Assembly (NCBI GenBank): GCA_951406725.2
Contig: OX597819.1
Span: forward strand, 122,078,001-122,142,000
Direction: 5' to 3'
DNA: 64,000 nucleotides
DNA from: Octopus vulgaris
Lineage: Eukaryota
The first letter of the stretch is position 1; each line of letters starts with the position of its first letter. The notes under the pieces are model-generated. The model was not told the origin of the DNA and searched no databases. It worked only from the letters and a program-made list of their open reading frames with translations. Both the position numbers and the translations under genes were made by a program. Below are positions 51,548 to 64,000 of the stretch, piece after piece.

Positions 51548-51579
<32 letters not shown>

Positions 51580-51683
51580 ATTAGGATTCAGTTGAATTAT
51601 GTGCTGAAATACAGGCACCTTGCCTGTTCGGTATAGTTAGGTAAACAAAATTTTAATAAGTAACAATGATGTATAGGTATCAA

Positions 51684-51769
51684 TATATTACGGCCGTTTC
51701 AAGCGGCTCCATTTAATCGATCAATGAAAACATTACTTCAGTTTGAAAGGAACTGCTCTCCTCAGTACA
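51684..51769 (-). ncRNA. Type I hammerhead motif (weak stem I)
   Basis: tgta-CTGAGGA-gagcagttcc...ggagccgctt-GAAAC ggcc GTA-atata; palindrome ACGGCCGT. Confidence 0.65.
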
Positions 51770-53364
51770 GATGACCATATAGATTTCCAACATAAAGGTT
51801 AAACCATTTTTAACAAATTTACATCAATACTAGAAACCAAAATAATTACATTGTTTCCTTGTGATATCTGTAACAGAATGAGTTTAGAAAGCAATGTATA
51901 TCTTATTAAGCCTACAATAATTTAGAGAGTAGCATACTCTCTAAATAAGCTACTGTAGTTTATAACACCAGTATTGTCCAAACGACCTTGACAGCAGATT
52001 CAGAATTCATCCAAGACTGATGCCACGTACCATACGTCTCCTACACAATTCAGGGTCACGATACATAAGTTTACTGCAACGCAGTTTCTTTACCCCCAAT
52101 GGACCCTGTTCTATTTAACATTGTCCCAAAACAAATCAAAGAAAAAATCCCATCACCCGGGGTGAAATTAATTTTGGCAGCAGTATACAAGGTTTTACCA
52201 AAAAGGAAAACTATACTTGTCACTAAATATGATTAGTATCTTAGAAACACCTACACTGATAGAAATAAGAGCTAAATGCTCTGACACTGCAGTCAAAGCA
52301 CATAATTCGCAAATGCAAACAAACACACAAGGATATGCAATGTACAATGTACAATGTACAAGTGTGTGCGCATGCGTAAAAGTGGTAACTGGCAAATGTG
52401 GGTTTACGAGCAAGAAAACTAAGTCCTTCATTGTGAATTGCAACGAAGCCGTTGCAGAACTTTGCTTTTCCGGAGTCGATCGCCGCACCTGCGAACTCGT
52501 TTCGTTTCAACTAAAGGTTAAACAAATGACTATCTGTTTGGTGTCATGTCAAACAAGTTCGGTCACTTTGATAGATTCTTTTGCTATACATCAATGCAAA
52601 TATACACACATACACACACACACACATACCTGCATACATACATGCATACATACATACATACATACATACATACATACATACATACCTGCATACATACATA
52701 CATACATACATACATACGTACATACATACATACATACATACATACACACATACCTGCATACATACATACATACATACATACATACATAGGGCATTATATA
52801 TGTAGATATACACACATGCATAGATACTTACATACACACGCATACATACATATATAGGGCATGTATATATATATGTACATATACACACATACATACATAT
52901 ATGTGAGCGTGTATATGTAGATACACACACACACACACATACATACATACATACATACATACATACATACATACATAGGGCATTATATATGTAGATATAC
53001 ACACATACATAGATACTTACATACACAAGCATACATACATACATAGGGCATGTATATATAAATGTAGATATACACACATACATACATATATGTGCGTGTG
53101 TATATGTAGATACAAACACACAGACGCATACATACATACATATATATATACATACATATATACATACAACATATATGTATGTGTATAAATGTAAATATAT
53201 ACACATACATACATACACACACACCATGCACATACACACAAATACGCATAAGCACATGCACAGACATGTACGTATATGTGTGTGGGAGGGGGTATATACA
53301 TATATATGCGCGCACGTGTGTGTATTTATGCCTGTTTTATGTCAAGTTGTAATAAAAACATTCT

Positions 53365-53639
53365 TTTCTACTCTACACACAAGGACCGAAATTTTGGGAG
53401 AAGGAGCCAGTCGATTAGATCGACCCCATTATGCAACTGGTATTTAATTTATCGGCCCCGAAAGGATAAGAGGCAAAGTCGACCTTGGTGGATTTTGAAC
53501 TCAGAACATAAAGACAGACGAAATACCGCTAAACATTTCGCCTGGCGTGGCACCTTGGGCAAGTGTCTTCTACTATAGCCTCGGGCCGACCAAAGCCTTG
53601 TGAGTGGATTTGATAGATGCAAAGTGAAGGAAGCCCGTC

Positions 53640-53694
<55 letters not shown>

Positions 53695-53927
53695 TGTATG
53701 TGTGTGTATATGTTTGTGTGTCTGTGTTTGTCCCCCACCCCCAACATCGCTTGACAACCGATGGTGGTGTGTTTACGTCCCCGTAACTTAGCGGTTCGGC
53801 AAAAGAACCGATAGAATAAGTACTAGGCTTACAAAGAATAAGTCCTGGGGTCGATTTTCCTCGACTAAAGGCGGTGCTCCAGCATGGCAGCAGTCAAATG
53901 ACTAAAACAAGTCAAAGGGTGAAAGAG
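53365..53927. mobile_element. Head-to-head chimera: SINE B (-, 53365-53549) fused to SINE A (+, 53545-53927)
   Basis: CATTTCGCCTG-GCGTG-GCACCTTGGGCAAG, with GCGTG shared by both heads. Confidence 0.8.
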
Positions 53928-53972
53928 TATATATTCATGGATATATGTGTTTGTGAGTGCGTGCGAGTGTGT

Positions 53973-54056
<84 letters not shown>

Positions 54057-54067
54057 TCAGTTTCCAT

Positions 54068-55717
54068 CTACCAAAAATATTCTTCCAAAAATATTTCTTC
54101 CGAAATTTTCACCAAAATCTTTGAAACGTTTTTCTGAAAATTCCACGGAATTATTCGAAAGGTTTTCCTGAAATTTTCACCAAACTCTTTGAAAAGTTTT
54201 TCAAAATTTTGATCGCATTCCTTTGAAAAGTATTTCAAAAGCTCCACCAAATTCATTAAAAAGTTATTCTGAAATATTCACCAAAATCTTTAAAAAGTTC
54301 AGAATATTTGAAAAGAATTTCAAAATTTTCATCGCATTCCTTTGAAAAGTTTTTGTGAAATTTTCAACAAATTCCTCTGAAAAGTTTTTCAAAATTTTCA
54401 TCGCATTGTTCCGAAAAGTTTCTCAAAATTTCCACAAAAATCTTTGAAACGTTTTTGAAAATTTCATCAAATTCCTCTGAAAAGAATTTCAAAATTTTCA
54501 TCGCATTCCTCTGAAAAGTTTTTCAAAATTTTCAGCAAATTCATCTGAAAGGTTTTTTCAAACTTTTCAGCAAAATCTTTGAAAGTTTTTCAAAATTTTC
54601 ATCGCATTCTTCTGAAAACTTTTTTTTAATTTTCACCAAATTTTTTTTTAAACATTTCACCAAAGTCTGAGAAAATTTTCCCCAAGATTTTTCGAAACTT
54701 TTCACTGAACATTTTCCCCGAAAATTTTACCCAAAAATTTTTCGAAAATTTTCACCGAAAATTTTACCCAAAAACTTTCCAAAAATTTTTCGAAAATTTT
54801 CACTGAAGATTTCACCAAAAAATTTTTACCAACAATTTTTGGAAAATTTTCACCGAAAATTTTACCCATAAATTTTTCCAAAATTTTCACCGAAAATTTT
54901 ACCCAAAAATTTTTAGAAAATTTACTCGAAAATTTTCACCGAAAATTTTATCCAAAAATTTTTCGAAAATTTTCACCGAAAATTTTCCCCAAAAACTTTT
55001 CGAAAATTTCCTCCGAAAAAATTTTTACCCAAAAATTTTTATTCGGGAAAATTTTACCCAAAAACTTTCCAAAAATTTTTCGAATATTTTCACTGAAGAT
55101 TTTACTAAAATATTTTTACCAACAATTTTTGGAAAATTTTCACCGAAAATTTTACCCATAAATTTTTCGAAAATTTTTATACCCAAAAATTTTTCGAAAA
55201 TTTTCACCGAAAATTTTACCCTAAAAGTTTTCGAAAATTTTCAACAAAAATTTTCATCAAAAATTATCAACAAAAATTTTTCCAAAATTTTACCCAAAAA
55301 TTTTTCGAAAATTTTCACCGAAAACTTTACCCAAAAACTTTTCGAAAATTGTACCCAAAACTTTTTCGAAAATTTTCCCAAAAATTTTTCGAAAATTTTC
55401 CCCAAAAATTTTTGGGGTCAAATTTTCGGTGGAAATTTTCGAAAAATTTTTGGAGAAAATTTTCTGTTAAAATTTTCAAAACATATTTGTGGAAAATTTT
55501 CGGCAAAAAATTTCGTAAAATCTTTAGGGAAAATTTTCGATGAAAATTTTCGAAAAATTTTGGGGGAAAATTTTCGGTAAAAATTTTCGAATAATTTTTG
55601 GTGAAAATTTTCGAAAAATTTTGGGGGAAAATTTTCGGTGAAAATTTTGAAAAAATTTTTGGGAAAAATTTTTGGTGAAAATTTAGGAAAAATTTTTGGG
55701 GAAAATTTTCGAAAAAT
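54068..55717. repeat. AT-rich satellite built on CGAAAATTTT(CAC/ACC) modules, orientation flip near 55410
   Basis: Direct inspection; further blocks at 56535-57810, 60664-61440, 61650-61900. Confidence 0.9.
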
Positions 55718-56534
55718 CATAAGGCAAGCGGTGCCAAAATCACAAAGTATGGAAACCCAGCGGTGCCAAAATCACAAAGTATGGAAAGCCAGCGGTGCCA
55801 AAATCACAAAGTATGGAAAGCCAGCGGTGCCAAAATTACAAAGTATGGAAAGCCAGTGGTGCCAAAATCACAAAGTATGGAAAGCCAGCGGTGCCGAAAT
55901 CACAATGTATGGAAGGCCAGCGGTGCCGAAATCACAAAGTATGGAAGGCTAGTGGTGCCAAAATCACAAAGTATGGATAGCCAGCGTTGCCAAAATCACA
56001 AAGTATGGAAAGCCAGCGGTGCCAAAATCACAAAGTATGGAAAGCCAGTGGTGCCAAAATCACAAAGTATGGAAGGCCAGCGGTGCCAAAATCACAAAGT
56101 ATGGATAGCCAGCGGTGCCAAAATCACAGAAAGTATAGAAAACTAGTAATGCCAAAATCACAAAGTATGGCTTTCCATACTTTGTGATTTTGGCACCGCT
56201 GGCTTTCCATACTTTGTGATTTTGGCACCGCTGGCCTTCCATACTTTGTGATTTTGGCACGGCTGGCTTTCCATACTTTGTGATTTTGGCACCGCTGGCT
56301 TTCCATACTTTGTGATTTTGGCACAGCTGGCTTTCCATACTTTGTGATTTTGGCACCGCTGGCTTTCCATACTTTGTGATTTTGGCACCTCTGGCTTTCC
56401 ATACTTTGTGATTTTGGCACCGCTAGGTTTCCATACTTTGTGATTTTGGCACCGCTGGCTTTCCATACTTTGTGATTTTGGCACCGCTGGCTTTCCATAC
56501 TTTGTGATTTTGGCACCGCTGGCTTTCTATACTT
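55718..56534. repeat. 32-bp satellite (GCGGTGCCAAAATCACAAAGTATGGAAAGCCA) arranged as a palindrome centred near 56170
   Basis: Forward units up to ~56169, then reverse-complement units. Confidence 0.95.
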
Positions 56535-56671
56535 TGCGGAAAATTTTCGTAAAATTTTTGGGTAAAATTTTCGTAAAATTTTGGGAAAAATTTTCGGTGA
56601 AAATTTTCGAAAATTTTTTAGGAAAATCTTTGAAACATTTTTCAAAATTTCATCAAATTCCTCTAAAAAGA

Positions 56672-56771
56672 NNNNNNNNNNNNNNNNNNNNNNNNNNNNN
56701 NNNNNNNNNNNNNNNNNNNNNNNNNNNNNNNNNNNNNNNNNNNNNNNNNNNNNNNNNNNNNNNNNNNNNNN
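56672..56771. other. Assembly gap (100 N)
   Basis: N run. Confidence 1.
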
Positions 56772-57699
56772 AAAAGAATTTCAAAATTTTCACCAAAGTC
56801 TTTCAAAATTTTCATCGCATTCCTCTGAAAAGTTTTTCAAAATTTTCAGCAAATTCATCTGAAAGGTTTTTTCAAACTTTTCAGCAAAATCTTTGAAAGT
56901 TTTTCAAAATTTTCATCGCATTCTTCTGAAAACTTTTTTTTAATTTTCACCAAATTTTTTTTAAACATTTCACCAAAGTCTGAGAAAATTTTCCCAAGAT
57001 TTTTCGAAACTTTTCACTGAACATTTTCCCCGAAAATTTTACCCAAAAATTTTTCGAAAATTTTCACCGAAAATTTTACCCAAAAACTTTCCAAAAATTT
57101 TTCGAAAATTTTCACTGAAGATTTCACCAAAAAATTTTTACCAACAATTTTTGGAAAATTTTACCCATAAATTTTTCCAAAATTTTCACCGAAAATTTTA
57201 CCCAAAAATTTTTAGAAAATTTACTCGTAAAATTTTCACCGAAAATTTTCTCAAAAATTTTTCGAAAATTTTCACCGAAAATTTTCCCCAAAAACTTTTC
57301 GAAAATTTCCTCCGAAAAAATTTTTACCCAAAAACTTTCCAAAAATCTTTCGAATATTTTCACTGAAGATTTTACCAAAAAATTTTTACCAACAATTTTT
57401 TGAAAATTTTCACCGAAAATTTTACCCATAAATTTTTCGAAATTTTCACCGAAAATTTTACCCTAAAAGTTTTCGAAAATTTTCAACAAAAATTTTCATC
57501 AAAAATTATCAACAAAAATTTTTCCAAAATTTTACCCAAAAATTTTTCGAAAATTTTCACCGAAAACTTTACCCAAAAACTTTTTCGAAAAATTGTACCC
57601 AAAAGTTTTTCGAAAATTTTCCCAAACATTTTTCGAAAATTTTCCCCAAAAATTTGTCCAAAATTTTCCCCAAAAATTTTTGGGGGAAAATTTTCGAAA

Positions 57700-59210
57700 A
57701 ATTTTTGGGAAAATTTTCGAAAAAAGTTTTGGGTAAAATTTTCGGTGAAAATTTTCGAAAAATTTTTTGGGTAAAGTTTTCGGTGAATATTTTCGAAAAA
57801 GTTTTGGGGAAATACATACATACATACATACATACATACATACATACATACATACATACATACATACATACATACATACATACATACATACATACACACA
57901 TACATACATATATACATACATACATACGTATATATATTTGACAGGAAGTAACTAGATGTAGGAAGGGAAAAAAAAAACAATAGTAAAACAAAAGTTCTGT
58001 GATATAGAGATAAATGTCTGATAATAGGTTTTAGAGTTTTGTTTTGGGGGTGAGGGTCGTAAATCACTTTCTAGTTTCGGCGGGGGAGGTTGAAATTTGA
58101 TATTATTGTGATGAGTGGTCAGTCTACATCTATCCATCACTACAGGTTTATAGCTTCATGTTTATAGTGTGTATGTGCGTGCATATACACACACATACAT
58201 ATATACATACATACATACATACATGCATACACAGGCGTATGTACGTACATACATAAATACATACTTACATACATACATGCATACATGCGTGCATACATAC
58301 ATACACACATACATACGTACATATATATGACGAACTAACAGTTACTTTCTCAGATGCAGCACGGATTTTTGTCAGTGAACAGGTCGCGGATTTTAGCGAC
58401 GAAAATATTTTGACAAATTAAACTTAAATGTTGAAGTGAATCGAACGGTTTTTGTGTGTTTCTTAAATGGCTTTCAAACACCTTCCACGCTGCAATTGTT
58501 TTCGTTTCAGCACACAATCTCAGATCAAATCACTTGCTATGCGAGTACACCTCCCTATATATATATATAACTACAGCTTTATTAAGTTCGTTTAGAGTTC
58601 TCTCTTAGTTACATCTCATTGACAAAAGTAAAGAAAAAACTCGAAACATCGATGTTTGGAGATTCGTAACAGATGGTCACACTGAACGAACTGGGTATTT
58701 TCACACCATTTTACCATAAGAGAGATTATTTTCTCCATGGTAACAAGAGTGCATTTGCTCTTTTAGCAGTCGAAATATGTGACAAACATATTTGATCTAA
58801 CCTAAAATCTGTTCATACATGTCGTATTCTATCATATCATATATTAGCCATTTTCTACACATAATATTCATTTCTTTTCACTTTCAGTCAAGCTTCGACT
58901 CCCCCGTTTCTTTTTATCAACTCTACGAAATCAACATTGTTTACTTTCAACTCTGTGAAGGGTAACTAGCATCAAGTCCGTATATCTTGCCGAAACTTAA
59001 AGTACCTGGTGATTGATACTTGAGGCCATTAAAGATTGCACTTAACCGTAAAAACTATATCTCATGCGTTACAGACAAGACACACACACAAACACACTCA
59101 CACAAACACACACACACTATACATACATACACACATACACACACACACACACTCATATCTCTGTATATACGTTTGCGTGTGTGTGTGTGAACGTGCGTGT
59201 GAGTGTGTGC

Positions 59211-59266
<56 letters not shown>

Positions 59267-59287
59267 GTATGTATGTATATATATGTA

Positions 59288-59343
<56 letters not shown>

Positions 59344-59435
59344 AAAGTAAGGGAGAAAATAGTACTCGAATATCGGAGGTAGAGTAATATGCTTTATTAA
59401 TAAGCTGTAAAGACATCGCAAAAACTGACAGACGA
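57700..59435 (+). repeat. Segmental duplication copy 1 (copy 2 ~61790-63328; partial third copy 61443-61650)
   Basis: The unique-looking 57920-59040 segment recurs ~4.08 kb downstream with mostly indel differences. Confidence 0.9.
58613..58663 (+). ncRNA. Hammerhead-like motif with U3-A8 core
   Basis: atctca-TTGACAA-aagt..actc-GAAAC atcgat GTT-tggagat; duplicate at 62694-62742 has a perfect atctca/tgagat stem I. Confidence 0.5.
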
Positions 59436-59525
59436 AAAAGTTTTGGGTACAATTTTTGAAAAGTTTTTGGGTAAAGTTTTCGATGAAAATTTTCGAAAAA
59501 TTTTTGGGGAAAATTTTCGAAAAAT

Positions 59526-60663
59526 CATAAGGCAAGCGGTGCCAAAATCACAAAGTATGGAAACCTAGCGGTGCCAAAATCACAAAGTATGGAAAGCCTA
59601 GCCGGTGCCAAAATATGGACAAAGCTATGCGAAAGCCAGTGGTGCCAAAATCCGCAAAGTAGCGGAAGGCCAGCAAAGCCGAAATCACAATGGGTGGAAA
59701 GCCAGCGGTGCCAAAATCACAAAGTATGGAAAGTACAGCGGTGCCAAAATCACAAAGTATGGAGCGTCAGCGGTGCCAAAATCACAGAAAGTATAGAAAA
59801 CTAGTAATGCCAAAATCACAAAGTATGGCTTTCCATACTTTGTGATTTTGGCACGGCTGGCTTTCCATACTTTGTGATTTTGGCACCGCTGGCTTTCCAT
59901 ACTTTGTGATTTTGGCACCGCTGGCCTTCCATACTTTGAAGTAAATCTTGGCACCACTGGCTTTTCCATACTTTGTGATTTTGGCACCGCTGGCTTTCCA
60001 TACTTTGTGATTTTGGCACCACTGGCCTTCCATACTTTGTGATTTTGGCACCGCTGGCCTTCCATACTTTGTGATTTTGGCATTCCATACTTTGTGATCA
60101 TAAGGCAAGCGGTGCCAAAATCACAAAGTATGGAAACCTAGCGGTGCCAAAATCACAAAGTATGGAAAGCCAGCGGTGCCAAAATCACAAAGTATGGAAG
60201 GCCAGCGGTGCCAAAATCACAAAGTATGGAAGGCCAGTGGTGCCAAAATCACAAAGTATGGAAAACCAGCGGTGCCAAAATCACAGAAAGTATAGAAAAC
60301 TAGTAATGCCAAAATCACAAAGTATGGCCTTTCCATACTTTGTGATTTTGGCACCACTGGCTTTCCCATACTTTGTGATTTTGGCACCGCTGGCTTTCCA
60401 TACCTTGTGATTTTGGCACCGCTAGGTTTCCATACTTTGTGATTTTGGCACCACTGGCTTTCCATACTTTGTGATTTTGGCACCGCTGACTTTCCATACT
60501 TTGTGATTTTGGCACCGCTGGCTTTCCATACTTTGTGATTTTGGCACCGCTAGGTTTCCATACTTTGTGATTTTGGCACCGCTGGCTTTCCATACTTTGT
60601 GATTTTGGCACCGCTGACTTTCCATACTTTGTGATTTTGGCACCGCTGGCTTTCTATACTTTG
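59526..60663. repeat. Two further palindromic blocks of the 32-bp satellite (centres ~59828 and ~60328)
   Basis: Each centre is preceded by the same variant unit CACAGAAAGTATAGAAAACTAGTAATGCC. Confidence 0.9.
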
Positions 60664-63099
60664 CAGAAAATTTTCGGCAAAAATTTTCGTAAAATTTTTG
60701 GGTAAAATTTTCGTAAAATTTTGGGGAAAAATTTTCGGTGAAAATTTTCGAAAATTTTTTAGGAAAATCTTTGAAACGTTTTTAAAATTTCATCAAATTC
60801 CTCTGAAAAGAATTTCAAAATTTTCACCAAAGTCTTTCAAAATTTTCATCGCATTCCTCTGAAAAGTTTTTCAAAATTTTCAGCAAATTCATCTGAAAGG
60901 TTTTTCAAACTTTTCAGCAAAATCTTTGAAAGTTTTTCAAAGTTTCATCGCATTCTTCTGAAAACTTTTTTTAATTTTCACCAAAATTTTTTTAAACATT
61001 TCACCAAAGTCTGAGAAAATTTTCCCCAAGATTTTTCGAAACTTTTCACTGAACATTTTCCCCGAAAATTTTACCCAAAATTTTTCGAAAATTTTCACCG
61101 AAAATTTTACCCAAAAACTTTCCAAAAATTTTTCGAAAATTTTCACTGAAGATTTCACCAAAAAATTTTTACCAACAATTTTTGGAAAATTTTCACCGAA
61201 AATTTTACCCATAAATTTTTAGAAATTTTCACTCGAAAATTTTACCGAAAACTTTTCACCGAAAATTTTCCCCAAAAACTTTTCGAAAATTTCCTCAGAA
61301 AAAATTTTTAACCAAAAATTTTTGGAAAATTTTACCCAAAAACTTTCCAAAAATTTTTCGAATATTTTCACTGAAGATTTTACCAAAAAATTTTTACCAA
61401 CAATTTTTGGAAAATTTTCACCGAAAATTTTACCCATAAATTATATATGACGAACTAACAGTTACTTTCTCAGATGCAGCACGGATTTTTGTCAGTGAAC
61501 AGGTCGCGGATTTTAGCGACGAAAATATTTTGACAAATTAAACTTAAAATGTTGAAGTGAATCGAAAATATTTTGACAAATTAAACTTAAATGTTGAAGT
61601 GAATCGAACGGTTTTTGTGTGTTTCTTAAATGGCTTTCAAACACCTTCCACGAAAATTTACTCGAAAAATTTTCACCGAAAATTTTATCCAAAAATTTTT
61701 CGAAAATTGTACCCAAAAGTTTTTAGAAAATTTTCCCAAACATTTTTCGAAAATTTTCCCCAAAAAATTTTGGGGAAAATTTTCGAAAAATTTTTGGGAA
61801 AATTTTCGAAAAAGTTTTGGGTAAAATTTTCGGTGAAAATTTTCGAAAAATTTTTTGGGTAAAGTTTTCGGTGAATATTTTCGAAAAAGTTTTGGGGAAA
61901 TACATACATACATACATACATACATACATACATACATACATACATACATACATACATACATACACACATACATACATATATACATACATACATACGTATA
62001 TATATTTGACAGGAAGTAACTAGATGTAGGAAGGAAAAAAAAAACAAGTAAATAGTAAAACAAAAGTTCTGTAGATATAGAGACAGTTGTCTCGATAATA
62101 GGTTTTAGAGTTTTATTTTTGGGGTGAGGGTCGTAACCCACTTTCTAGTTTCGGCGGGGGAGGTTGAAATTTGATATTATTGTGATGAGTGGTCAGTCTC
62201 ACATCTATCCATCACTACAGGTTTATAGCTTTATGTTTATAGTGTGTATGTGCGTGCATATACACACACATACATATATACATACATACATACATACATG
62301 CATACACAGGCGTATGTACGTACATACATAAATACATACTTACATACATACATGCATACATGCGTGCATACATACATACACACATACATACGTACATATA
62401 TATGACGAACTAACAGTTACTTTCTCAGATGCAGCACGGATTTTTGTCAGTGAACAGGTCACGGATTTTAGCGACGAAAATATTTTGACAAATTAAACTT
62501 AAATGTTGAAGTGAATCGAACGGCTTTTGTGTGTTTCTTAAATGGCTTTCAAACACCTTCCACGCTGCAATTGTTTTCGTTTCAGCACACGATCTCAGAT
62601 CAAATCACTTGCTATGCGAGTACATCTCCCTATATATATATATATATAACTACAGCTTTATTAAGTTCGTTTAGAGTTCCCTCTCTTAGGTACATCTCAT
62701 TGACATAAGTAAAGAAAAACTCGAAACATCGATGTTTGAGATTCGTAACAGATGGTCACACAGAACGAACTGGGTATTTTCACACCATTTTACCATAAGA
62801 GAGATTATTTTCTCCATGGTAACAAGAGTGCATTTGCCTTTTAGCAGTCGAAATATGTGACAAACATATTTGATCTAACCTAAAATCTGTTCATACATGT
62901 CGTATTCTATCATATCATATATTAGCCATTTTCTACACATAATATTCATTTTTTTTCACTTTCAGTCAAGCTTCGTCTCCCCTGTTTCTTTTTATCAACT
63001 CTACGAAATCAACATTGTTTACTTTCAACTCTGTGAAAGGTAACTAGCATCAAGTCCGGTTAAAGAGTGTGATTGGATACTTGAGGCATTAAAGATTGC

Positions 63100-63147
<48 letters not shown>

Positions 63148-63179
63148 GCGTATGTATGTATATATATTATGTATGTATG

Positions 63180-63235
<56 letters not shown>

Positions 63236-63388
63236 AAAGTAAGGGAGAAAATAGTACTCGAATATCGGAGGTAGAGTAATATGCTTTATTAATAAGCTGT
63301 AAAGACATCGCAAAAACTGACAGACGAACGGGACTGTGAAACTCTGAGTAACAGGTTTTGTAATGTCTTTGCAGCTTTATTAATAAAG

Positions 63389-63460
<72 letters not shown>

Positions 63461-63656
63461 GTAATATATATATGTAATCCTTCTTGTTTATATTCGCATA
63501 TTACTTGATGAATTTATTCGTAAAATTCTTCCCGCATGCCCTATACTGCCGTGTAAGTTTTGCGTCTGCGCAGAGATTTGAAAAGTTAAGATCTGCTAGT
63601 AGTCGAGACCAACACATGGTCCCACATCGCTGCAGACCTCGATTCAATTTAGGCGA

Positions 63657-63730
63657 CTCGTTGATGAAGCCAGCCTTAGCAAACATATTCTGTGTTTTGC
63701 TAGAAAGAGGCAGAAACTGATCAGTCCGAG
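63657..63730 (+). ncRNA. Type I hammerhead motif (U3 variant)
   Basis: ctcg-TTGATGA-agcc...ggca-GAAAC tgatca GTC-cgag; palindrome ACTGATCAGT; cassette lies between (TA)n tracts. Confidence 0.75.
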
Positions 63731-63855
63731 GTGTAAAGTTATCGGTAAACGTTTTTGATTTTCACTCTCGATAAATTCATCTCCCTTTTGTGTTCCCAGT
63801 ACTCGGCATCCTAATTTAGGAGCTCTTAATTGTATGTAATGTATATATATGTAAC

Positions 63856-63898
<43 letters not shown>

Positions 63899-63924
63899 TA
63901 TATATATGTATGTGTGTGTGTGTG

Positions 63925-64000
<76 letters not shown>

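Noticed and set aside
52217-52789. 190-aa ORF
   Set aside because: Non-ATG start, no recognisable domain, runs into (CATA)n; the unique part may be non-coding
55718-56534. CRISPR-like appearance of 32-bp repeats
   Set aside because: No unique spacers, eukaryotic context, no cas genes
55638-60643. Repetitive ORFs [29 protein letters not shown]
   Set aside because: Result of a 32-bp unit that lacks stop codons on one strand, giving a 96-bp reading period in all frames and in both array orientations

Overview
AT-rich, repeat-saturated eukaryotic intergenic or intronic DNA. The SINE and microsatellite landscape resembles a coleoid cephalopod such as Octopus; this is recognition, not verified. 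No intact protein-coding gene is supportable, and most listed ORFs are microsatellite or satellite artefacts. The window holds many copies of three tRNA-derived SINE families, including an almost perfect 217-bp SINE tandem array. Decayed LINEs include L1/Tx1 APE, RTE, CR1-like and R4/Dong-like RLE fragments, plus a Penelope-like GIY-YIG relic. There are also several MITE-, piggyBac- and Helitron-like DNA elements and a ~9-kb block of inverted satellites with a tandem segmental duplication and an N gap. The most notable signal is a set of about eleven type I hammerhead-ribozyme motifs with palindromic or near-palindromic stem III, variable stem II inserts and several non-canonical cores. Most sit in small cassettes that abut (TA)n tracts and are often fold-back, consistent with Penelope-like LTR or retrozyme-type elements. 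Second, one SINE family appears to share its 3' tail with L1/Tx1-clade LINEs in the same window. All motifs were read by eye; no folding or database search was run, and element boundaries are approximate.
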